The position numbers and the translations under genes were made by a program. Below, piece by piece: positions 8,718 through 16,504 of a DNA stretch of 34,324 bases. Below the pieces are notes generated by a model. It saw only the letters and a program-made list of their open reading frames with translations. It did not search any database and was not told where the DNA came from. Position 1 is the stretch's first letter. Each line of letters opens with the position of its first letter. Source of the DNA: Myxococcales bacterium (GTDB lineage: Bacteria > Myxococcota_C > UBA6777); assembly GCA_027005175.1 (NCBI GenBank), contig JALTMC010000836.1, positions 1 through 34,324 on the forward strand, written 5' to 3'.

Positions 8718-10436
8718 TTATCGGACGTGCCAAACGTCGGCCAAAGCCTTCCAGTTGGCAAAGTAATAGACCACAAAGCAAACAAAGAAGATGCCGACAA
8801 GAACGACAGTTCCCGGGATTTTAAAGCGTCCATCTTTGGGAGTGTGATCTGTGGTATAAGCCTCAAGGGATTTTTTATCCGCTTCTGCGTCTTGCCAGGA
8901 AGGCATCTTTTGGCCAGCGATGGAGCGGCCAAAAAAGACGGTCAGAACGACAGGAAGGATGTACATCAATGCAGCGATAAACAGAATACTTCCACCAATA
9001 CCAACCAATGCTAGCATGGTGTGAGCACCTGATTCAAAGCCAGCAGCCATCGGTGCGCCAGTAAATCCAACATCCCAGTGACGGCGTGGAACACCGTAGG
9101 AACCAGCGAAGGACATACCGATCGACATCAGCAAGAGCCCAACCGCAAAAACATAGGGCTGCAATCGAACAACGCCTTTAAAGTAAAAGTCTTTTTGAAA
9201 GATCAGAGGGACAACATAATAAGTTAGCCCCATAAAGGCCAGGGTTGTTCCACCAACAACGGTGGCATGAAAGTGACCGGGAATACGGAGGGTGTTGTGT
9301 GCGATGATGTTGATCTGGTGAGTACCCAGAGTAACACCTGTGATACCACCGATAAACCCGAAAATAAGGAGGGAAAGGAAGAAGGCAGAGAAGCCTGGAT
9401 CGCGCCATGGTGCGTTGCTCAACCACCCAAAGAGACCTTTGGTAAAGCCTTTGGAGCGCTGTGCTACTTCGACGGATGCTGGAACAGTGAAGCCATGAAT
9501 CATCGAAGCCATCACTGCGAGATACATCGCATACGAGGTGTTCCACATCTTCCACACAGAGCCAACGCCTGGATCAACCAGGAGGTGATGGGCGGAGGCG
9601 AGGTTGATGAACAGAATGTAGAGTACAAAAGCTGCACGACAAACGGTCTCATTAATGGGCTTTGCGCCAGTGGTCAGGGTTCCCAAGAAGTACCAAACAG
9701 CAACCATAGCGCACACATTGATCTGTTGGGATTGGTGTCCAAGGCCCCACCAAAGCAAACGATATACACCCGCATCAAAGTTTTTGATCCAACCCAACGA
9801 CCAGAAGTAGGCAGGGATCATCACAGAAGCACCGTGTAGGAGGGTGACCACGGCGATGATCGCAGCGGCCAAAGCCCCAAAAGCAACCAAAGGCATGGAG
9901 CCTTCGTAGGTTTTGTCGCGACGTGCAATATAGACCGTTGCGAAAAAGTTAAACACGCCGATCAGCGTGCCCACGGAAAATAAGATAATTCCCAAATAGA
10001 AGTTGGGATCGGCTTTGAGAGGAACATACGATGTCATTAAGACATCGCCCTTACCCATGAAAACGATGACTTCTACCATGACAGCACCTACGGCCATCAT
10101 CAGAAAAGATACCCAGGCGATCTTTCTTGAGAAGAGTCGACTGTTAAGTAAGGAAGTTCCAGCAAAATAGAGTATGGCGATTTCCATAAAGATGATCCAG
10201 AAGATCAACATACTCAAACCATGTACTGTCAGCAGCCGGTAGTACCAAACTGCGTTGAGCAGGTGCACAGCAGACCAGCGTGTTAGTGCAATTAAAACAC
10301 CAACAGATGCACCGATTAAAATACAAACCACCGCCAACACAGCGTTGAGGCGAATAAAGAATTGTGCATCAAGACATACCGATAATCCGGTAGTGTCACA
10401 CGTACGAGAACGTCCAGTTAGAAAGTTACCCATCAT
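8718..10436 (-). CDS. Heme-copper oxidoreductase subunit I, B-family-derived, eNOR-type nitric oxide reductase
   Basis: All six His ligands are present: TVHG, WGLGHQSQQ, SAHHLL, GHFH; also HNT and PRR. Position H+4 of the first CuB His is Gln, not the cross-linked Tyr of O2 reductases, matching the eNOR signature as I recall it. Confidence 0.85.
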   Translation of the reverse strand: MMGNFLTGRSRTCDTTGLSVCLDAQFFIRLNAVLAVVCILIGASVGVLIALTRWSAVHLLNAVWYYRLLTVHGLSMLIFWIIFMEIAILYFAGTSLLNSRLFSRKIAWVSFLMMAVGAVMVEVIVFMGKGDVLMTSYVPLKADPNFYLGIILFSVGTLIGVFNFFATVYIARRDKTYEGSMPLVAFGALAAAIIAVVTLLHGASVMIPAYFWSLGWIKNFDAGVYRLLWWGLGHQSQQINVCAMVAVWYFLGTLTTGAKPINETVCRAAFVLYILFINLASAHHLLVDPGVGSVWKMWNTSYAMYLAVMASMIHGFTVPASVEVAQRSKGFTKGLFGWLSNAPWRDPGFSAFFLSLLIFGFIGGITGVTLGTHQINIIAHNTLRIPGHFHATVVGGTTLAFMGLTYYVVPLIFQKDFYFKGVVRLQPYVFAVGLLLMSIGMSFAGSYGVPRRHWDVGFTGAPMAAGFESGAHTMLALVGIGGSILFIAALMYILPVVLTVFFGRSIAGQKMPSWQDAEADKKSLEAYTTDHTPKDGRFKIPGTVVLVGIFFVCFVVYYFANWKALADVWHVR

Positions 10437-10442
10437 CGTCTC

Positions 10443-10973
10443 CTATTCCACAATGATCTTGCCGGTCATGAGATGATGGCCAATTCCACAGAATTCATTA
10501 CAAATCACTTGGAATGTACCTTTTCGCGTCGGCTTTATCGTAAGAACGTGGTCATAACCCGGTAGGATGTGAAAGTTCATATTAATCGGCAAAAGAGAAA
10601 ATCCATGTTGCAAGTCTGCCGAAGAGATATGCAGACGATATGTCTGGTTTACTTTCAGTTTAATGATCGGATACCACATCCACATTCGACCCAGGAGGTA
10701 AGCGTTACCGCCCGGCTCAGGCTGAACAATAGGTATCCCCAGCTTTTTATCCTTTCCTACTTTGTGAGTTTTTACCCAGCGATTCACCCGTTTGACAAAG
10801 TCTTTTGGCTTCACTCGATACGACTCACCTGAACTTGTTTGTTTGCCTTTAAAATGCCAAAATGGCATCGCAGCAAACATGACCATGCACCACGTTAGTG
10901 CTATTCCCACCCACATGGCTTCGGCACCTTTGGGAGCGTGGAACCATCCTTTTTTGGGAGGATGTATACTCAT
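10443..10973 (-). CDS. Heme-copper oxidoreductase subunit II (CuA), single TM
   Basis: D.QHGF and CNEFCGIGHHLM CuA motif; one N-terminal TM as in B-family subunit II. ATG at 10973 follows AAGGAG (the track starts at TTG 10991). Confidence 0.92.
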   Translation of the reverse strand: MSIHPPKKGWFHAPKGAEAMWVGIALTWCMVMFAAMPFWHFKGKQTSSGESYRVKPKDFVKRVNRWVKTHKVGKDKKLGIPIVQPEPGGNAYLLGRMWMWYPIIKLKVNQTYRLHISSADLQHGFSLLPINMNFHILPGYDHVLTIKPTRKGTFQVICNEFCGIGHHLMTGKIIVE

Positions 10974-11162
10974 CGCGTTCTCCTTCTCCAACAGATTCCA
11001 GAAAGATAACAGCTCGTTGTAGTCGAAGAAGGCAAAAGAGAAGATGCAGTACCGCGAACACGCAGCAACAATATTGCCTTTTCAAAGCCATCAACCATCA
11101 ACGAACAATTGTAGATCTCACATTATGAACGACTTAAAAAAATCGATGATTTGCCAACTTTT

Positions 11163-11384
11163 TTATGGCAATTTGGCAGGTCCCATCATCCACATATCAA
11201 TCAGACCCCACACTGTGTACGATAGGACTGGAATCACAACACCCAGAAAGAGGAGAAGCCATGGATTGTCCATGAGCTTTTGCAAGGGATGCACCTCGGC
11301 TTCCGGGGGCTCCGGAGACATACCCTGCTCCACCACCTCCTTGGCCGGTTCTTCCTGTGGAGACTTCTTTGACTGACTCATCAT
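11163..11384 (-). CDS. Small single-TM subunit of the oxidoreductase cluster (subunit IIa-like)
   Basis: LMDNPWLLLFLGVVIPVLSYTVWGLIDM hydrophobic helix; GGGAG upstream of the ATG; lies immediately upstream of subunit II. Confidence 0.75.
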   Translation of the reverse strand: MMSQSKKSPQEEPAKEVVEQGMSPEPPEAEVHPLQKLMDNPWLLLFLGVVIPVLSYTVWGLIDMWMMGPAKLP

Positions 11385-12753
11385 TTCTCTCCCATGAATC
11401 GAGTAAAGGTAGTACAGGCTTTCGACGACGCCAAGCTACAATGACCAATGACAGAAAAAGCAACCCTCCCACCACCGCGACGAGCCCACCCAGTCCCATA
11501 AACCACATCCCTACTTGCTCACTTGTGGAGCGAATGTTTTGTTCACGGCCATAGATCTTACGGGCCATTTTCGCATATCCAAAACCTAGCGCAAACACCA
11601 CTTGTCCTACGCCAAATACAACAGGTTGCCATCTCGCCAAACGCTTCATCCTAGCGCTGGACCAATCCCATCGAAACTCCTGACACAACAAATAGGTAAC
11701 TGTCATAAAAGACACCGTTACCGCACCGATCGCCGCGTGATAATGCGCGGGAATCAACGTACTTGAACTGCGAATCATCGCACCCAACACAAAGCCCAAG
11801 ACCGTGAGGGATGCACTCGCTAGAAAACCCCACAAATAGGGTGCTTTCAAAGACTCTTTCTTTCTATTTCCCGCCCGAAGTCCACGAAAAATCGCCAACA
11901 AACACGCCAGCAGGATCAAACTGGCGATAGGGAAGATGCCCCATCGCATTAATATCGTAAATCTCGGATAATAAGTGGCTGTTGTTGTTCCCTGCCAAGC
12001 CCACCAAGGGGCCACACATGCTGGTGCCAAAAGAAGGCCAAACAACACTCTCGCCCAACGATGCGACAAAGGTGAAAAACCCAGAACACGATCCAGGAGC
12101 AGCACCCACACAGAGAGCATCGCTGCCACACTCGCAACCTGCAAGACATGCCCACCTCCCCAAAACACCAACTCATAATAAGAGCCTGCGGACATACTTG
12201 TAGGTGTGGTCCACCATGCACCCATAAAAGTGAACATCGCCAACAAAAATGCGAACGCTGAAGCACGCAAACCCACACGAGTCGCAGCGGGTAGCTTTAA
12301 AAATCCTGAGTCACCCGAACTCTCGATCCACCGCTCCCACTTCATAAAGGTCCCGATGACAGCGATCCCAAATACTACCAAACCCACAACGAAAAGAGGA
12401 TGATCCAGAGCCGGGATATAGTTGGATAAGACCGGACGCACACCTGTGATCGCACCACAAGACACAAACAAAAGAACCCCGAGAAGACCAAGCAGTACAG
12501 AACGCTGCCCCCCTTTTCCCGAAGATTGCGCAGGTAACGCAAGAAACAAGGAAGCGAGAAAACTATACAACCAAACTCCCAAAGCCAGGTTGACATGAAT
12601 CACAAGGCAACGACGCGCAAACAGGGGATCATTGATCCACTCATTCAATACAGGCAAACGCCCAATCACCAAGATGATCGAGAGCGTCCCCGCTAAAACC
12701 AGAGAACCTACCGCCAACATCAACCATCCTTGCGAACCCTGTCGATCTCCCAT
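11197..12753 (-). CDS. Degenerate COX1-fold membrane protein (subunit I paralogue lacking the CuB His-His pair)
   Basis: About 12 TM; IHVNL, FWGGGHVLQ, IPAHYH and ARK occupy the positions of the subunit I heme/CuB motifs, but there is no HH pair. The last ~60 codons overlap the small-subunit gene. Confidence 0.8.
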   Translation of the reverse strand: MGDRQGSQGWLMLAVGSLVLAGTLSIILVIGRLPVLNEWINDPLFARRCLVIHVNLALGVWLYSFLASLFLALPAQSSGKGGQRSVLLGLLGVLLFVSCGAITGVRPVLSNYIPALDHPLFVVGLVVFGIAVIGTFMKWERWIESSGDSGFLKLPAATRVGLRASAFAFLLAMFTFMGAWWTTPTSMSAGSYYELVFWGGGHVLQVASVAAMLSVWVLLLDRVLGFSPLSHRWARVLFGLLLAPACVAPWWAWQGTTTATYYPRFTILMRWGIFPIASLILLACLLAIFRGLRAGNRKKESLKAPYLWGFLASASLTVLGFVLGAMIRSSSTLIPAHYHAAIGAVTVSFMTVTYLLCQEFRWDWSSARMKRLARWQPVVFGVGQVVFALGFGYAKMARKIYGREQNIRSTSEQVGMWFMGLGGLVAVVGGLLFLSLVIVAWRRRKPVLPLLDSWERNDESVKEVSTGRTGQGGGGAGYVSGAPGSRGASLAKAHGQSMASPLSGCCDSSPIVHSVGSD

Positions 12754-12839
12754 TCCTGGCCTCTCCTTCTTCCCAGATTGATCTCTTCCCAGAAAGACTT
12801 CGCTCTCTCGAAGCCCTTATCGAAAATAATTTAATTCAC

Positions 12840-12895
12840 TAGACAAAAATCTCTATAGACTATAATATCCAACTATCAATAGACCGTCAAGTCTT
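12840..12895. promoter_or_regulatory. Candidate Rrf2 operators (TAGA-N8-TCYW x3)
   Basis: TAGACAAAAATCTCTA (12840-12855), TAGACTATAATATCCA (12856-12871), TAGACCGTCAAGTCTT (12880-12895). Confidence 0.5.
12862..12890 (-). promoter_or_regulatory. Putative sigma70 promoter for the eNOR-type cluster
   Basis: Minus strand TTGACG (12890-12885), 17-nt spacer, TATTAT (12867-12862). Confidence 0.65.
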
Positions 12896-13023
12896 TTTTG
12901 ATCGGAATAGAGATATTTTGAGTCCAGCAAGAGGAAGTGTATACTTCAGAGGAAAACTGTCCATGACGAAGATCAAGTGAGAACGGCGAGTGTGGATATG
13001 AGAGAAAGTAGAGGAGTTGCTTG

Positions 13024-13431
13024 ATGCATTGGAATCAGACAGTCGTTTACGCGCTGCGTGCGATGAGTTATCTGGCGATCATGCCTTTGGAACAGCCTAT
13101 TCCGGCGAGGAGTCTTTCTGAGAAGACAAGCATACCTGTGCATTATCTGTCGAAAATTATGCGTCGGATGGTTACAGCAGGTCTGGTTGTTTCCCAGAAA
13201 GGGCATGGAGGTGGGTTTATTTTGGCGAAGCCTCCCAAAGATATCAGTATGCTTGATGTCTTACGTGCTGTGGATTACAACCCTGAGGCTCAGCCTTGTG
13301 CGTTTGGTTGGGAACGATGCAATGCGGTCAATCCTTGCCCTCTTCATTATTACTGGAGTCAACTCAAGTCGAGTCATCTGGAGTGGTCGGAGAATACGAC
13401 ACTGGCAGATATACGAGAGCAATCGCAATAA
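13024..13431 (+). CDS. Rrf2 family Fe-S transcriptional regulator
   Basis: YALRAM, YLSKIM, LV.S.KG.GGGF.LAK, and C-x6-C-x5-C-x2-H (CAFGWERCNAVNPCPLH). GAGGAG lies 7 nt before ATG 13024. Confidence 0.93.
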   Translation: MHWNQTVVYALRAMSYLAIMPLEQPIPARSLSEKTSIPVHYLSKIMRRMVTAGLVVSQKGHGGGFILAKPPKDISMLDVLRAVDYNPEAQPCAFGWERCNAVNPCPLHYYWSQLKSSHLEWSENTTLADIREQSQ

Positions 13432-13502
13432 AGAATGCAACTTTATCTGGGAACAATGGATTGTGAAGAGGAGTTGGCAAGGTTGGCCCAAGCCCGTTGG
13501 TT

Positions 13503-15017
13503 TTATGGGAGAGAAAGCTTGCGAATGCAATGGTTACCGGTATCAAGGATGTAGAGATTGTTTTGATAGAGGGCCATCAACTGAGGAAGCTTGAACTTAC
13601 TTTGGAGAGCTTCTGCGTTCTTAAATCCGGCACTTCCTGATTTTCCGGCAACAAGACTTATGTTTCCATTCACCAGCCGTTTGATGCTGTTTGCAATGTG
13701 GTCACTCACAAGCAGGCCTTTGCTTCCATGAGAAATCACTCCATAAGCCCCCGAAAAAAAACCGCTACGAATTGCAACATCAATTCCTGTTTTACCACTT
13801 ACTTCAACGAGTCGGCCTGTGTTGTTACCTGTGGGGAGATCTGCCACATAAAGAATCTTCCCTACTTTGGCCAGTCCCTGGGGATTCAAAAAGCTGGTTT
13901 TACTTAATTTGTATCCACTTACTGTACCTTTGAGCGTACAGGTGCCTGCGAAGGTGCTCAAGTTTCCATTCTTATCGATTTTCCGAATACAATAGTTCTT
14001 GCTATCAGCGATATAAAAGTTCTTCGGGGTAGCATCGAAGATGATATTACTTGGTGCATCAAAACGAGCCTGTAGGGCAGCAACAGATGAGTTTATCGAC
14101 TTTGGAACACTGTTGCCTTTGCCTCCACAGAGTCCTGCAAAGGGTAAAACTCTTCCCGTTCTACCGTCAATTTTGCGGATACAGTTGTTGCCTGTGTCTG
14201 CCACATAAAGATGCCCGGAAGAGTCAAAGGTCATGCCTTGAGGGAGTCGAAAACGAGCCGATGTAAGTCTATCTCCACCGTTTTTGCCAGGACTGGTACA
14301 TTGACCTGCATAGATTGAGGTATTGCCTTGGGGATCGACTTTGCGAATACAGTGATTTCGAGTGTCTGCGATATAAACATTGCCCGCTGCGTCAATCGCA
14401 ATTCCCGATGGGCTCGAAAACTCGGCAACCGTTGCTGTTCCTTCTTTGTATCCTTGCGTCTCACATTTTCCAGTGAATGTTGAAACACAAGAAGTCTTGT
14501 TCGCACAACCGGAAGATTGCTCTTTGACAACCTCTTGAGGAGGCTTTTCACCTGGAGACTTTTCACCTGGAGGCTTTTCACCTGGAGGCTTTTCACCTGG
14601 TTTCTCTTCTGGGGCTGAGGCATCATTCCACTCTTTGTTGGACGGCTCAGAGGCTGACTTCTCTGGGGCGGGGGATTCTTTGGAAGATTCCGAAGTCACC
14701 TCTTTCTGAGTCGAAGTTTCTTTCGGTTTCTCTGTGAGCTTTTCTGTCTTGGCTTCTTGAGAATTCTCACCAGATGCAGCAACACATTGGGAATTTCGAC
14801 AGACCGTTGTTTGGCGGCAATCAAAGTCTTTACGACAATAGTTGGGTCCACCACAGAATCCTTTTAGGCACTTCAACTCGACCTCACAATCTGTATCCTG
14901 AGAACAGGGAAGCCCTCCAAGATGTGGGGGAGTTAAACAACTGGCCAGCCCAACAAAAAGAAGGAATCCAAGGAGTCCAAGCCAATGTACTGAAGACTGT
15001 ACATTAAGAAACTTCAT
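13503..15017 (-). CDS. Lipoprotein with Cys-rich repeats, a Pro/Glu/Lys linker and an NHL-repeat beta-propeller
   Basis: Lipobox LASC; two C-x5-C-x5-C-x4-C repeats; NHL repeats (F..P.GIA.D..GNVYIADT.NHCIRK). ATG 15017 preferred over TTG 15047. Confidence 0.88.
   Translation of the reverse strand: MKFLNVQSSVHWLGLLGFLLFVGLASCLTPPHLGGLPCSQDTDCEVELKCLKGFCGGPNYCRKDFDCRQTTVCRNSQCVAASGENSQEAKTEKLTEKPKETSTQKEVTSESSKESPAPEKSASEPSNKEWNDASAPEEKPGEKPPGEKPPGEKSPGEKPPQEVVKEQSSGCANKTSCVSTFTGKCETQGYKEGTATVAEFSSPSGIAIDAAGNVYIADTRNHCIRKVDPQGNTSIYAGQCTSPGKNGGDRLTSARFRLPQGMTFDSSGHLYVADTGNNCIRKIDGRTGRVLPFAGLCGGKGNSVPKSINSSVAALQARFDAPSNIIFDATPKNFYIADSKNYCIRKIDKNGNLSTFAGTCTLKGTVSGYKLSKTSFLNPQGLAKVGKILYVADLPTGNNTGRLVEVSGKTGIDVAIRSGFFSGAYGVISHGSKGLLVSDHIANSIKRLVNGNISLVAGKSGSAGFKNAEALQSKFKLPQLMALYQNNLYILDTGNHCIRKLSLP
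14539..14600. repeat. Intragenic 15-bp tandem repeat x4 (PGEKP)
   Basis: GGAGRCTTTTCACCT at 14539, 14554, 14569 and 14584. Confidence 0.95.
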
Positions 15018-15382
15018 TGCCACCACCTTATCCAATGAAAGATTCAAACGAGTGAGTTTCTATTGTTTTTCTTGCAACAGGCATATGGCCTGTGTCGATC
15101 GTGCTTTCTCAAACTATGATACATGATTTGGAGGCTCCTCACAAAGAGCCTCATTTCATTTTTTCTGTCGCTCCCCGACACAAGACTGGAACTTGTTCTC
15201 TTTTCTTGCAACACGATGCAGGAGCTTGTTCTCTGTAAAATAACTTTTTACGTGGAGAGTTTTCTCTCTCGGGTCAGGGCTTCGCGGAGTGCTCATTCTG
15301 TAACTTTTATCTTTAAGCTTCGAGACTTGCTCTAAAGGGAAGTCTTTGCTAGAGTTGAGCACAACACTAGAGGTCATGAACA

Positions 15383-16465
15383 ATGATGGAGGTAAAGGTG
15401 CCAAGAGCAATTGTCATTCTTTCTGTGTGGGGGGGATTTCTCCTTGGGAGTGGGCTGTTTTTGCCTGAGCACTCCGCTTACGCTGCCAATACCCAGCTGT
15501 GCAAAGAGTACTTCAAGAAGAAACAATATGTTCGCGCATCTCAGTGCTTTCGAGGGCTCGCTGGAGTTTTGGAGAAGAAGCCAACCTTGAAGGTGCAAGA
15601 CCGCTCCCAACTCTCACAATATCTCCGCAATGCTTCGCTCTGTTTGCGTCGAGCAGCAAAGAGAGAACCATCAGCTATCAAAAAATCCTATTTGTACGAA
15701 CAAGCTCTCTCTTATGTCAGCTTAATGATAAAAAAGAAGTACTATGAGGGTGCTTCTCAAAAGAACCTGGCCAATCTACTCAAAGGACGTATCCAAGAGA
15801 AGATCGGTTATATTCTGGTCACAATAACAACAGGCTCAACCAAAGCAATAGCCAAATTTTCTGGAGGTTATCGCTTTAAGAGTTTGACAAAAAAAGGGAT
15901 CACCTTTCAACAGAAGTTGCGTCCGGGTAATTATACTGTCGTAATCACATACCCGAAACAAACACCGCAAGTTAAGGTATTGCAATTACGTCCTGGGCAG
16001 GCTGCTGCGGTTTTTACTTTTAAGCCCAAACCAGCTCAGGTAGCCATTCGACCTCGTTCACTTGTAAGAGTTCACCCTGTCCAGCCACCGAAGTCAGCCG
16101 GCACCATGCCCTGGATACTCACGGGAGTGGGTGCAGCTTTGGTTGTAGGTGGGGGGGTTCTGGTTGGTGTCGCGATAGGTACCAACAGCACCAACAACGA
16201 GCGTGCAGATAAAGCCTTGATTGCCTTTAATCAACAGCAGCCGCTTGACGGAAAGCTAGTAACAGCGACCCAAACCAAAAGTTTTAAAGACAGTTACCAG
16301 ACCGCAAACTCCCTATACACCGTGGGCTGGATCGCTGGCGGAGCAGGGTTGGTGACTGTAGCTGTGGGTCTCATCGTGTATGCGACCCAACCCAAGCCAA
16401 AAGCCTCAGCTTTGGCCCAACCTTCCAATGTTCTCGTTTCGTTTTCTCTCACAACTCAACCCTAA
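15383..16465 (+). CDS. Exported protein with TPR-like N-terminus, PEGA-like beta domain and two C-terminal hydrophobic segments
   Basis: Signal peptide ending AYA; helical region; LRPGNYTVVITYP (PEGA-like); Gly/Val-rich TM-like segments. Domain calls are by resemblance only. Confidence 0.6.
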   Translation: MMEVKVPRAIVILSVWGGFLLGSGLFLPEHSAYAANTQLCKEYFKKKQYVRASQCFRGLAGVLEKKPTLKVQDRSQLSQYLRNASLCLRRAAKREPSAIKKSYLYEQALSYVSLMIKKKYYEGASQKNLANLLKGRIQEKIGYILVTITTGSTKAIAKFSGGYRFKSLTKKGITFQQKLRPGNYTVVITYPKQTPQVKVLQLRPGQAAAVFTFKPKPAQVAIRPRSLVRVHPVQPPKSAGTMPWILTGVGAALVVGGGVLVGVAIGTNSTNNERADKALIAFNQQQPLDGKLVTATQTKSFKDSYQTANSLYTVGWIAGGAGLVTVAVGLIVYATQPKPKASALAQPSNVLVSFSLTTQP

Positions 16466-16504
16466 ACACCACCTCTCTTCGAGGTAAATACGGCATCGAA
16501 CAAC

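Noticed and set aside
9267-9839. 190-aa antisense ORF in subunit I (and similar shadow ORFs across the window)
   Set aside because: Fully antisense to a well-supported gene; no recognisable motifs.
8718-10436. Annotation as an ordinary ba3/cbb3 cytochrome c oxidase
   Set aside because: The helix VI Tyr is replaced by Gln, and the partner is a CuA subunit, not CcoO/CcoP.
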